Shown: in pieces, positions 30,072-39,806 of the stretch
Layout of the letters: each line of letters opens with the position of its first letter
Position numbering within the stretch: position 1 is the first letter of the stretch
Virus record (IMG/VR): IMGVR_UViG_3300003877_000001
Coordinates: 186,001 to 250,000 of that record
Direction: 5' to 3' (one strand)
DNA length: 64,000 nucleotides
Notes under the pieces: model-generated
Databases searched by the model: none
The model's input: only the letters and a program-made list of their open reading frames with translations
Told to the model about the DNA's origin: nothing
Translations under genes and position numbers: made by a program

Positions 30072-30482
30072 TCATAATATTTTTAATTTAGATTCTAAAT
30101 TTTCATATTCTTCTTCAGTACCAATAAAAGATAGATACCAATCTTCATAATCTTTAATCACATAATCAGAAACATCAAATTCTTTCCATCCTTTCATTTC
30201 AATTATTTGACATATTGCTCTATCTTTTTTATATAATTCAATTTTAAGGGTAACTTTTTTCAATTCTTTTTCACTATTGGCTATAGCCCGATCCAAACCA
30301 ATGATTAGATTATTGGTTGTTTTATATGTATAAGCATATTTAGGATCATTACCAATTGCAATTCTTTTAAGATTATTATCAGCAAGAGATTTAGTTAAAA
30401 AATCTCTTAAATCCTTTTCAGATAATTCTTGATGTATTTCAGTGTTTTTCATCATTTTCATTTTTATTATTGACAGCTTCAA
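30072..30482 (-). CDS. Hypothetical protein
   Basis: ORF on coding strand. Confidence 0.65.
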   Translation of the reverse strand: MKLSIIKMKMMKNTEIHQELSEKDLRDFLTKSLADNNLKRIAIGNDPKYAYTYKTTNNLIIGLDRAIANSEKELKKVTLKIELYKKDRAICQIIEMKGWKEFDVSDYVIKDYEDWYLSFIGTEEEYENLESKLKIL

Positions 30483-30627
30483 AATATGCTATGTGAGTTT
30501 TAAACCCATGTGCTTTAGCTAACTTAGCTGTTTCGTATGTAATTCTAGTTTCCATTTCTATATTTTTTTTAATAAAAAAATCAATGAATTTATTATATTT
30601 CCAAGTATAAAGTAATTTGGTTTATAT

Positions 30628-30858
30628 TTAATTATATGCAAAAAATGTCATATATGCTAGAAAAAAAAGTAATCCAAATAATGCAGTTATTAATGTTTCT
30701 TTAAAACAAAATCTATCTTTATTAATATATTTATTACTGAGCATTGCAATTAAAAAATAGATTATAAAAACCAATCCACATAATTGATACATTTCTAATG
30801 TTTTTAGTAATTCTTCAATTTCTTTCATATTTTCATTTTTTACAAGAATTAAACCCAT
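30628..30858 (-). CDS. Membrane protein
   Basis: Two hydrophobic helices. Confidence 0.55.
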   Translation of the reverse strand: MGLILVKNENMKEIEELLKTLEMYQLCGLVFIIYFLIAMLSNKYINKDRFCFKETLITALFGLLFFLAYMTFFAYN

Positions 30859-31093
30859 AATTTAGGTTTAATTCTTCACAAGGTATCGATGTGTTTAAAT
30901 TATATTTTAATGTTTCATCAACAAACGAATATTTTTTTGGTTGATTCCATGTAAACATAGAAAATGTGCTACCAGTAACAATATATTCACTACTATCATT
31001 TAATAAATCTGTTTTACTGTTTACTATATATAGATTTGATTTTATTGTGCAGCTAAAACAACTTATTAAAATTAACAAAATTAAATATTTCAT
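30833..31093 (-). CDS. Putative lipoprotein
   Basis: Signal peptide with CFSC lipobox. Confidence 0.6.
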   Translation of the reverse strand: MKYLILLILISCFSCTIKSNLYIVNSKTDLLNDSSEYIVTGSTFSMFTWNQPKKYSFVDETLKYNLNTSIPCEELNLNYGFNSCKK

Positions 31094-31347
31094 ATTACCA
31101 CTTAGTTTTTAATTCACAATTTACTATTAGAAATATTACACCCAAATAAAGAATTTGAAATAATATATATGTTATCATATTAATTTATACGAAAATAATA
31201 ATAAAAGGTTACAATTACAAGTATTCATTACCAAATTTCTTTATTAATCTATGTATATATGTTGAATGTGCTTCTCTTAATGCACCATCAGCACGTTTAA
31301 TCCACCAGTGTTTATTTTTAATATTTAGTATTTATAATAAAATTAAT

Positions 31348-31983
31348 ATGAAAAAATGTATAACATGTAAGATTCCTAAAATTTTAAATGATTTTCATAA
31401 ATGGAAATTTGGTGCTGATGGTTATAAAAACCAATGTAAATCATGTGTTTTAATTAGACAAAATAAATATAGAGAAAAAAATCGAAATACATTAAATAAA
31501 AAACAAAAAAAATATTATGAATCTCATAAAGAAGAAAAAAAAGAATATGATTTAATTTATAGAAATGAAAATAAAGAAAAAATATCGGAATATCAAAAAA
31601 AATATGGTAAAAAAAATAGAAAGAAATTAAACACATATGCATATAATTATGGTAAAAAATATTCATACATTAAAGCATGGAGAGGTTTATTATATAGATC
31701 ATTAAAAAGAATGGGAAAAGAGAAAAATGGGAATACTATTAATATTTTAGGATATAGTTCTTTAGAATTTAAAAACCATATCGAATCTCAATTCACTGAA
31801 AAAATGACGTGGAATAATTATGGTGAATGGCATATTGATCATATTAAACCGTTAAGTTCTTTTAATAAGGAAACCCATCCATCTATTGTTAACGCATTAT
31901 CGAATATTCAACCATTATGGGCAACCACTAGGGAAATAAATAATATTATTTATGAAGGGAATATAAATAAAGGCACTAAATAA
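31348..31983 (+). CDS. HNH homing endonuclease
   Basis: N-terminal CxxC...CxxC, basic linker, WHIDHIKPL...NIQPLW; opposite strand to neighbours. Confidence 0.85.
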   Translation: MKKCITCKIPKILNDFHKWKFGADGYKNQCKSCVLIRQNKYREKNRNTLNKKQKKYYESHKEEKKEYDLIYRNENKEKISEYQKKYGKKNRKKLNTYAYNYGKKYSYIKAWRGLLYRSLKRMGKEKNGNTINILGYSSLEFKNHIESQFTEKMTWNNYGEWHIDHIKPLSSFNKETHPSIVNALSNIQPLWATTREINNIIYEGNINKGTK

Positions 31984-32542
31984 ATTTACCATTTTTATAT
32001 TTTAATACTCCTTTACTTATTAAAGTTTTTATATAAAATTTATTTGCAGAATTACCATCTTCATTAATTAATTTTTCAATATACTCATTGTGAATTAATT
32101 TTGATTCATTAATTCTTCCAATTGTTAGGTGAAATCCCCAATATGGTTTTGATTCTAATCCTGCTGCTAATCTAATTTTTTCAGCATCATCTGACTTCAC
32201 ACCTACCCACCAATTTTTATTTTTTATTCTAGGATCAACACTATATTCTAAATTAATAATTCTATTATTATATTTCTCTTTTGCGTATTGATATTTTTTA
32301 TTATCTGATACTTTATCATTAATAACTGTAAAGTGTACACCTCTTAATGGTCTTTGTAGTTCAAGATTGTATCTCTTCTTAATAAACCATGAGTAATATG
32401 CACAAAAATCTGGATCGTTTATTAAGACGATAGCAGACTTCTTCCATTCAGATTGTCTTACGTGTTTCTTTGTTAAATCAACAGGGTCAAAGACTATCTT
32501 ACCAGTTTGTTTGAATATATAGTTGTGATAATCATCAGTCAT
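31976..32542 (-). CDS. 2H phosphoesterase superfamily protein (possible Acb1/gp57B-like)
   Basis: Two HxT motifs: GVHFTVI and GFHLTIG. Confidence 0.65.
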   Translation of the reverse strand: MTDDYHNYIFKQTGKIVFDPVDLTKKHVRQSEWKKSAIVLINDPDFCAYYSWFIKKRYNLELQRPLRGVHFTVINDKVSDNKKYQYAKEKYNNRIINLEYSVDPRIKNKNWWVGVKSDDAEKIRLAAGLESKPYWGFHLTIGRINESKLIHNEYIEKLINEDGNSANKFYIKTLISKGVLKYKNGKFI

Positions 32543-32599
32543 TTTTACTAAATAAAGTTTATGTAATCTATTATACGGAAGATAATAGATATTGTTACA

Positions 32600-32908
32600 T
32601 TAATGAGTAACTACTTCTTTAACTCTATTAGCCTCTTGTATTGTTTGAAATTGAGTTGTTAATTCTGCAACTTCATTATATTCTGTTCTTGTTAATTGTT
32701 TTTCAATTTCTTTATTATTATCAATAAAATACATTTTAGCTTCTCCCTTTTTATCTACTTCAGGGTCAAACACATAAAGAATTCTTTTTTTTATGGTTGT
32801 AGTAGTTAAACCCATAAAACCCTTTTTTGTAGTCAAACATGTTATTAGTTTGAATTTTTGGTGTCCATTAAAATTATGTTCTAATCCGATTACTTTTTTA
32901 AAACTCAT
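32600..32908 (-). CDS. Hypothetical protein
   Basis: ORF on coding strand. Confidence 0.65.
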   Translation of the reverse strand: MSFKKVIGLEHNFNGHQKFKLITCLTTKKGFMGLTTTTIKKRILYVFDPEVDKKGEAKMYFIDNNKEIEKQLTRTEYNEVAELTTQFQTIQEANRVKEVVTH

Positions 32909-33056
32909 TCTTCTTCTTTTAAAATTTCAAATCCAAATATATTAGTCCAACAATATTTACCAAATAAACAAAATCCAATTACTGATCTATCTTTAGAATG
33001 ACCAAAAGATAAAACATAGTCTTCAAATATCAATAAATCTTCTGTTTCTGTTATAA

Positions 33057-33344
33057 TCATTTTTTCATTAATTCTTTTGCTCTCTTATATCTCATATCAC
33101 CCTTTTTCTTTGCTTCCTTTTTAGCATCCAAAGCATCTTCAACACCTTGAATTGTTTCTTCAAAAGTATCGAAAAGTTTATTATCAACAAAGATATCAGT
33201 TTTTACAGTAATCTTATTTTTTTTCATATCTGTTTTAGTGATAGTTTGAAATACACCATTTTTGTTTTTCTTTTTTCCATATGATGCAAACAATATCATT
33301 CCAAAAATGATTACAATTAATACTAATCCAATGTAATATGTCAT
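33057..33344 (-). CDS. Membrane-anchored hypothetical protein
   Basis: N-terminal TM helix. Confidence 0.65.
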   Translation of the reverse strand: MTYYIGLVLIVIIFGMILFASYGKKKNKNGVFQTITKTDMKKNKITVKTDIFVDNKLFDTFEETIQGVEDALDAKKEAKKKGDMRYKRAKELMKK

Positions 33345-33501
33345 AATTTTATTTTATACAATAATAAACATTAATTTTCAAATATGATAGTATAATCTTT
33401 ACAAACTTGCAAAAAAATACCACCCATACATAATAATTCCACCTGCAATAAGGAATATTACCATTTCTATAAATTTCTTTCTACTCATAATTATAAATAC
33501 T

Positions 33502-33545
33502 AAAAAAAAGGGGAGTGATTATGGGCAATCAAACCCTCTCCCCTT
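33502..33545 (-). terminator. Intrinsic terminator closing the large non-coding transcript
   Basis: Minus strand AAGGGGAG...CTCCCCTT followed by a U run. Confidence 0.75.
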
Positions 33546-34905
33546 ACCATTGCTGTCGTCACTTTCCCCTACAAAGAATCGTGTAAGATTCACCATCACC
33601 ATTTAATCTATAATTAAACCGCAATGTCAAAGGCGAATTTTCAGTTGGTTTTCTCGTCTTTAATATTTTAAGTGGAAACCGATAAGTACCTGACTTAGCA
33701 GTTTTCCACTAACACTTTGATTTTTCGGTAGCAGCATCACAGCGTTCCTACGTAGTCGTCTGTTTACCCCCTCAGTCTTATGTGTCCAAGTGACTGACTT
33801 CTTTAATGTCCTGCAAAGGGATTACCTTAATATCCTCATACCCACTCAGCGTGAGCAACTACTTTTCTAGCAAGGTAGTAGATTGCATACTAGATTTTTA
33901 ATATTTTAGAGAGTCAGTTCACCACCACTGACATAAAAGTGACCTAAAAGGCATTAAGCCGTATCACCTGCATATTTGTTAAGGGCATATGATCTCCGTA
34001 ACAGGTATTTTATGCTTTCTCTAATTTTTTAATATTCGCACCCTAGAAATGATAACCATGAGTTGACATTATTACTACTCATTCCTATATGGGTGACTGA
34101 CAGTTATTGTCGAGTATCATAGACCCTTCTGTTGCTAGGTGATATGGTTACACCCCATCATGCATTTAAGCAATATTTTAAAAATCTTTGTCCAAATTTC
34201 AGTGGAATATAATCTAGAGTTTGGCTTATTCCTGTTAATTCAGGGTTATACTCCACCTCTCGGAGTCCTCACATATATATCTACAATAAACCACTGCTGA
34301 TACAGTACAAACACAATCTCTTTTTTAAAGGAGTTGATTATCTAAACATTTCTCCTTGGTTATACCTTTATCGTACTTCGTTAACATTTCCACTGGCTTT
34401 CAACTATATCATCAACTTTCAAGACTATGACGGTTTATAAATAACCCATATATAGTCTAACCCTGAGTATTAATTGGTAGGTATCAGTAGAGGTTTAAGT
34501 TCGCATCTCATTTTATATCCTATTACCACTTTGTGGCTAGGCTGTCTAATGTTAATATACTAGCATGGTGCACCATATATTAGATAAGAATTCATGGCAG
34601 AATAACTAATGCTTTTTCCTGTATTGTCACGTTAACAATCATATATAGGTTTCAGTCCTACTATTATCTCGCTAAACAAATCAGTTATTCCCCTTACGTT
34701 ATCCTCTCTTAATATTTCAAAGACAGTTCCCATATCAGTTTGCCATTTATTTTAAATTTAATCGGAAAGTGTCTACCCTCAAACTTGCTTACTCTTGAGT
34801 AGTGTTACGATCATGCCTAGTACTGCAAAGTTATCCGTCTAGACTACGCTCCCACGCTAATGGCAACTTTCCTTGTTTTTTCAATATTTTTAAGAACGTT
34901 TTTCT
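33502..34905 (-). ncRNA. Candidate large structured ncRNA or ncRNA cluster (~1.4 kb)
   Basis: No ORF in track, GC-richer than flanks, many paired stems, upstream promoter at 34912 and terminator at 33502. Confidence 0.65.
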
Positions 34906-34941
34906 TATATACAAATATACGTTAAAATAAGTCTTTCATAA

Positions 34942-35211
34942 TTATTTACCTCTTGAACTTGCTCCAAGACCACCCATCCCCAACCAGAATCCGAAGTTGT
35001 ACCATCCACCAGAATTATTTACAGCGTACATAGCAATGTTATCCGAGAATAAACTACCAAAAAATGATATTGGTGCAATCATACCATACCATAATCCACC
35101 CCAAAATCCGTAAGGATCAGGCGTAAGACAAGCATCTACTACTGCTACATCAGCACATCCTGTAAATAATACGACTACCACTAATACTAATACTACTGTT
35201 GTTTTTTTCAT
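34942..35211 (-). CDS. Putative small lipoprotein / membrane protein
   Basis: Lipobox FTGC; YGFWGGLWYG...YNFGF. Confidence 0.7.
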   Translation of the reverse strand: MKKTTVVLVLVVVVLFTGCADVAVVDACLTPDPYGFWGGLWYGMIAPISFFGSLFSDNIAMYAVNNSGGWYNFGFWLGMGGLGASSRGK

Positions 35212-35271
35212 AATTCTATATATTTTACTTTTAATTTATTTTCAATTATTTCTATTTTCCTAATCATAATT

Positions 35272-35490
35272 TTATATGTTATTAATTATACTATCAACAT
35301 TTTGTTTTTCTTTTTCTAATCTTAATATTGCAACGGCTAAGTCTTTTAGGTGTTCATACCCATAGATTCCAAGACCGTTTAATCCACATAAATCATTTGG
35401 ATGTATAATATGTTCTTCACCATTACAATTAATATAGATTCTATCTCCCTTACCTTCACTAATTTTCCAAATTCCCTTTTCAGTTGTCAT
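35272..35490 (-). CDS. Hypothetical protein
   Basis: ORF in run. Confidence 0.6.
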   Translation of the reverse strand: MTTEKGIWKISEGKGDRIYINCNGEEHIIHPNDLCGLNGLGIYGYEHLKDLAVAILRLEKEKQNVDSIINNI

Positions 35491-35849
35491 AATTTTTCTA
35501 TTTTTGTTATATATTCTTCAATTACAGAGATTTGATCATCAATATGATATTTTTCATTGTGTAAATATACTTCTTTTATTTCTTTCTTTCCACCATAATC
35601 AGTATGAATTTTATATTGATTATCAGGATTAAATCTATTATAGAAATTTTGACAGTTATTATCGTTAATATCAAACTTATCTAATTTTATTATCCAACTA
35701 AACAAATTTTTTCTTTCATTATCAGTCATTTCATGATAATAAGAATTAGATACTCTTTGAAAAAACATTGCTCTTGCAATTGGTCTTGGTGGTATACACG
35801 CCTCAACCAAGAAACTAAATTCAAAAAAATCAATATTAAATTTACTCAT
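35487..35849 (-). CDS. Conserved hypothetical phage protein
   Basis: EACIPPRPIARAMF motif. Confidence 0.7.
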   Translation of the reverse strand: MSKFNIDFFEFSFLVEACIPPRPIARAMFFQRVSNSYYHEMTDNERKNLFSWIIKLDKFDINDNNCQNFYNRFNPDNQYKIHTDYGGKKEIKEVYLHNEKYHIDDQISVIEEYITKIEKL

Positions 35850-36147
35850 TATATTTTACTTCTAATTTTTTTATTTCTTCAACATAATAATTATACATTT
35901 CTTTTGCTGCTTCATCACACATTGGAAATGTATCACTACCACCATAGAAAGATACCATATCTTTATCCATTTGATGTTCATACCAAAATCCATTAATAAA
36001 AGATTTTAATCCAGAAAGTTCTTTTTTTAGTTTTCTTCTTTCTGTACCGAATATTTTAAATTGAGGATTATCATTTTCAAGAATATTTTTAATCCCTTTC
36101 ATCGATTGTTTTGACATTGCTTTTTTTAAATCTTTATCTGTTTTCAT
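35842..36147 (-). CDS. Hypothetical protein
   Basis: ORF in run. Confidence 0.65.
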   Translation of the reverse strand: MKTDKDLKKAMSKQSMKGIKNILENDNPQFKIFGTERRKLKKELSGLKSFINGFWYEHQMDKDMVSFYGGSDTFPMCDEAAKEMYNYYVEEIKKLEVKYNE

Positions 36148-36189
36148 AATTTAATATAATAGATTTTCTTTTTTTGTGGACAAATAAAT

Positions 36190-36858
36190 TTATTTCTCTT
36201 TTAATAAATACTTATTTGAAATAATTTTGAAACTAAAAGAACCATCCATAGCACGATATACAACACCTTCTCTTAGTGTATCATACAGTTCTGATCTACC
36301 ATCAGCATCTTTTAATAAGAAGTCGAAATCATCAGACAATGATACGTTCACATCTAAAACAGGAACAGTTTCTAATTCTAATTCATTAATAATTTCAATG
36401 AATTCATTATAATTAAGTCTCTTATTTTTACCATCTTGTGCAGTAAAGAACCTAATAGTCTTTTCTTTAAGATTATAGATATTACCTTGAATAGATGTTC
36501 CAATTAATTCACCTTGAAGAACTAAATCCTTATCATGTTTAGCACACCATGCTCTCATTTTCTCTTCCAACTTCATATTTCTTGCTGTTGTAACAAATTT
36601 GTTTTCAGATTGAACAAGTTTATTTGTGGTTAATGTATCTGGAACTTCTATTAATAATTTCAATTCAAGATTGCGTGAAGACACACCATAATCCCAAGTA
36701 GAATCAACATTATCCTGTTTAACACAATGTAAGGTAATTGATGAATTATGAACCAAAATATTATTTGCAAAAAAACAATTAGTATCCTCTACTTCTATAT
36801 CATATAAAAGTGAATCATTTTCAATCTCTTCAATTTTACTTATTTTTAACCGTTTCAT
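36190..36858 (-). CDS. Split-intein C-half (38 aa) fused to C-terminal part of RNA ligase
   Basis: MKRLKISKIE...YDIEVED...FFANNILVHN/S, then ligase motifs SSRN, LQGELIG, EGVV, FKIISNKYL. Confidence 0.9.
   Translation of the reverse strand: MKRLKISKIEEIENDSLLYDIEVEDTNCFFANNILVHNSSITLHCVKQDNVDSTWDYGVSSRNLELKLLIEVPDTLTTNKLVQSENKFVTTARNMKLEEKMRAWCAKHDKDLVLQGELIGTSIQGNIYNLKEKTIRFFTAQDGKNKRLNYNEFIEIINELELETVPVLDVNVSLSDDFDFLLKDADGRSELYDTLREGVVYRAMDGSFSFKIISNKYLLKEK
36745..36858 (-). mobile_element. IntC of naturally split intein
   Basis: Blocks F/G ending His-Asn, with Ser+1. Confidence 0.9.
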
Positions 36859-36947
36859 TTAATTTTTCTTTAAATAATTTATATATTGATTTATTTTTAT
36901 TATATTTAATATGATATTGTGGTATAAACTCAAAAGTTGGAAAAAAA

Positions 36948-37727
36948 CTATTCTTTTAATATGAAATCTTTTGTTGTTAATTCATCAGTTCTTCTATAAC
37001 AATTTAATTCTGGAAGCCAAACCATATGATTTCCAGTTAATTTAATTATTGTTCCATCTGATAATGTAAGTTTAAACCATTTTTTCTTTCCTCTTTTTGT
37101 TATTGAATGATTCTTTATCTTTTTATAACAAATTTCGTTTTTTACAATGTTATATGATTTAACATTTAATTCTAATTTTTTTTCACAAATATCTTTAATA
37201 GTTACGTTACCAATATCAGTATTAATTATAGTCTCTTCATCTAAACAACCTTCAAGTTTTTCAGACCTATACACTAATTTTTCTTTCCATTCTGGTAATT
37301 TATCAACCAAATTTTGGATTCTTTCCTCGCCACTTTTAGTACAGAAAGTTGGAAATCTACTTTTAGCACTCATATCTTCAGGAACGGGCGGTTCATATTT
37401 ATACACACCAATAGCTTCTGTTAAATCAGTATCTAATAACAAATTTAAAGGTAACATAAGTCCCTGACTTACAGTCCCTCTCAACTTAATTGTACGGATT
37501 CTAAGGAATCCCCTATCAATATCTTTTTGATTCTTGAATAGGTGATTAGACCAATCTTTATGTGGTATCATTGAGTCTATTTCAAAATAAATTCCCCATT
37601 CCCCTTCTTGGAATTCATCCTTTTTAACGACACATTCCCATCCATCTACTGTCGCTTTTTCGATTTTATCAGCATTAGGAATTGGCGTTAATTTACTTAC
37701 TTTTCTTAATGTTACTAATTTTCTCAT
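36948..37727 (-). CDS. N-terminal part of DRB0094-family RNA ligase fused to split-intein N-half (99 aa)
   Basis: IPNADKIE...GWECVVKK...YFEIDS, LRGTVSQGL, motif I EKLEG, then intein CLDEET...LTGNH. Confidence 0.9.
   Translation of the reverse strand: MRKLVTLRKVSKLTPIPNADKIEKATVDGWECVVKKDEFQEGEWGIYFEIDSMIPHKDWSNHLFKNQKDIDRGFLRIRTIKLRGTVSQGLMLPLNLLLDTDLTEAIGVYKYEPPVPEDMSAKSRFPTFCTKSGEERIQNLVDKLPEWKEKLVYRSEKLEGCLDEETIINTDIGNVTIKDICEKKLELNVKSYNIVKNEICYKKIKNHSITKRGKKKWFKLTLSDGTIIKLTGNHMVWLPELNCYRRTDELTTKDFILKE
36951..37247 (-). mobile_element. IntN of naturally split intein
   Basis: Block A Cys1 (codon 37247-37245) and block B TxxH (TGNH). Confidence 0.9.
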
Positions 37728-37729
37728 TA

Positions 37730-37996
37730 TTATTTTATTTTAACATAATATTCTACATTATCTTTAAGTTCACCACCCCATTCGTCTTTAAATGGAAACC
37801 ATAATCGTTCCATAGCATCCCATAAATCATTACCACTTTCCCATTCACCAAAAACCATAATAACAGTATCACCATCTTTATCATAAAATCTAGTATAATC
37901 ACTACTATGGTTGTGATCGCAATATAGTTCTACTATTTCAGTACTACCATAAGCACCTTCCACACTATATGTTGTCTTTACTCTTGTATGACTCAT
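37730..37996 (-). CDS. Hypothetical protein
   Basis: ORF in run. Confidence 0.65.
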   Translation of the reverse strand: MSHTRVKTTYSVEGAYGSTEIVELYCDHNHSSDYTRFYDKDGDTVIMVFGEWESGNDLWDAMERLWFPFKDEWGGELKDNVEYYVKIK

Positions 37997-38183
37997 TTTT
38001 TTTTATTTTAATGTCCTTTATCTATTACATTTAGTATTGTTTCTTCACCTGACACTACATTAACAACATCTTTAACAACTGCTAAAGGCGTTAGTGCTGT
38101 TTTTATTGTTGCACCCACAATACTACTAAAAAATCCCATAATTTTATTTTTTTGTAAATATACTATTATTATATTAATAATAC

Positions 38184-38283
38184 AAGCAATGGCATTGACA
38201 ACCTAACAATTGGACTTTCACCGTGTTTTTCGGGGTTATTGGTTTGTTGTCGATACTATTAACCCTTTTTCTCGCCACTGCCT
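38184..38283 (-). ncRNA. Candidate ~100-nt pseudoknotted small RNA
   Basis: 10-bp closing stem, 6-bp inner stem and 6-bp pseudoknot pairing in an intergenic region. Confidence 0.4.
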
Positions 38284-38423
38284 ATATTATTGTTTATGAT
38301 ATTGTTTATGATATTTTTATGTTTTTTTGTAAATATACTCAAATTATATTGGTAATGCTACGTAAATTTTAAAACTCAATTCTTTTTCTAACTTTTCGAG
38401 AGTTGATATGTACAACCACTACA

Positions 38424-38789
38424 TTAGTACTTCTTACCGTGTTTATGATCTCTAAGTGAGTTAAATCTTATTTTGGCTTTTATATGTTCTTCCAAGTCAA
38501 TGCCTTTAAAGGCAGCTAAGTCCATTACTCTAATCACCACATCCGCTAATTCATCCTCAAAAGAATCTTTTACGGTTTCTATAAAATGGGCTTTAAACGC
38601 TTCATCATCTTTCCAATCATTTACCTTTTTCATTTCCACTAAAGAGTATATTTCTTTTCTGTCAGCCTCTAACGCCTCACTAACTTCACTATGTATTAAG
38701 CATAGCATTTCTCCTATGTTTTTTTCACTATCAAAAAAGCCTTTATTTCGGGCGTTTTGATGTACTTCTTTTGCTAATTTGTTAATCAT
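38424..38789 (-). CDS. MazG-like nucleotide pyrophosphohydrolase
   Basis: LIHSEVSEALEA...EDELADVVIR. Confidence 0.88.
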   Translation of the reverse strand: MINKLAKEVHQNARNKGFFDSEKNIGEMLCLIHSEVSEALEADRKEIYSLVEMKKVNDWKDDEAFKAHFIETVKDSFEDELADVVIRVMDLAAFKGIDLEEHIKAKIRFNSLRDHKHGKKY

Positions 38790-39054
38790 TATTTTAGTTT
38801 TTTAATTAATAATTATTCTTAGTACATTAAACTCAAACATTACGTGTCCATTCTCAGTAAACTTGTTTTCTCGTTTCTTATATTTATATTCAATGCAATC
38901 CCCTTTATATATCTCGTTTATAATCATATTTATCATTTAATAATCAGTACTAGTGGTAACACTACCCATTACTTATATGTATTTATTTAACTATGCTTAC
39001 ATTTATTATGATTATTTTATCAATGTTTTATATTTAAACCGTTATGCACAAGCA

Positions 39055-39511
39055 CTACTCATCACTTACTAACCAACGTAAGTTCTGTACCAAATGTAAA
39101 GCAATAGTCATATATTGTTTAATTTTCTCTTCCTTTGGGTTATCATCTTCAATAATAGCAAGAAGAGTATCACAACCACTACAACACCCGTAATAATTAT
39201 CCGTAATTACATAATCACTTACACTTGGTTGGTAAGAGTCTTTTAGGTATTATATAAGTTGTTGTTCCTTGATCATCATCATCAATAACGGTCATTTTAC
39301 TTATGTCAAACTTTATAGTATATCCATCTTTATCTTTTAATTCTGTAATTACTAACTCAAATAACTTAACAACAATCGTTTGGTAATCACAATAATCTTC
39401 TTGCTTTGTGGTTGAGAAATACTCTTTTAACATATGCTTATTTTCATTCCATTGTTTTACAGCTTCTTTTATCATAATATCTATTTTAAATTTTCCTATT
39501 TCAAAGGGCAA
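39055..39511 (-). pseudogene. Frameshifted conserved phage gene
   Basis: ORF 39215..39511 continues in another frame (YQPSVSDY...CSGCDTL...LHLVQ) to about 39055. Confidence 0.55.
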
Positions 39512-39806
39512 GGATCAAAATTGAAATTAAATTCTTCGTTTATTTTATCATAAAAGTTTCGCAACGTTTCATATACAAATCTGTTATAGTGCAATTAAAA
39601 TTCAAGCACCAATCTTCTGCCCCATAAAGTTATTTCAATCACTTTGCTAAACCGTTTAAAAAATGGTGAGCCTTTATACTTAAAGATTCTAAAATACATA
39701 GGGTCATCGTCATCTCTACCCCAACTAACTACTAAAATTTTAAACTCTTTTGTTTTTAAATAATACATATCATTTGAATTTTAAAAGCACATAACATGGT
39801 ATATAA

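Noticed and set aside
33956-33990. Group II intron domain V-like AAGCCGTAT
   Set aside because: It lies on the non-transcribed strand, lacks the paired ACGG arm and GAAA loop, and no intron RT or interrupted gene is present.
33502-34905. tRNA, tmRNA or RNase P genes within the large non-coding block
   Set aside because: No T-loop GTTCGA with CCA end, no tag-peptide pattern and no full P4 consensus found by eye; GGAAAGT alone is insufficient.
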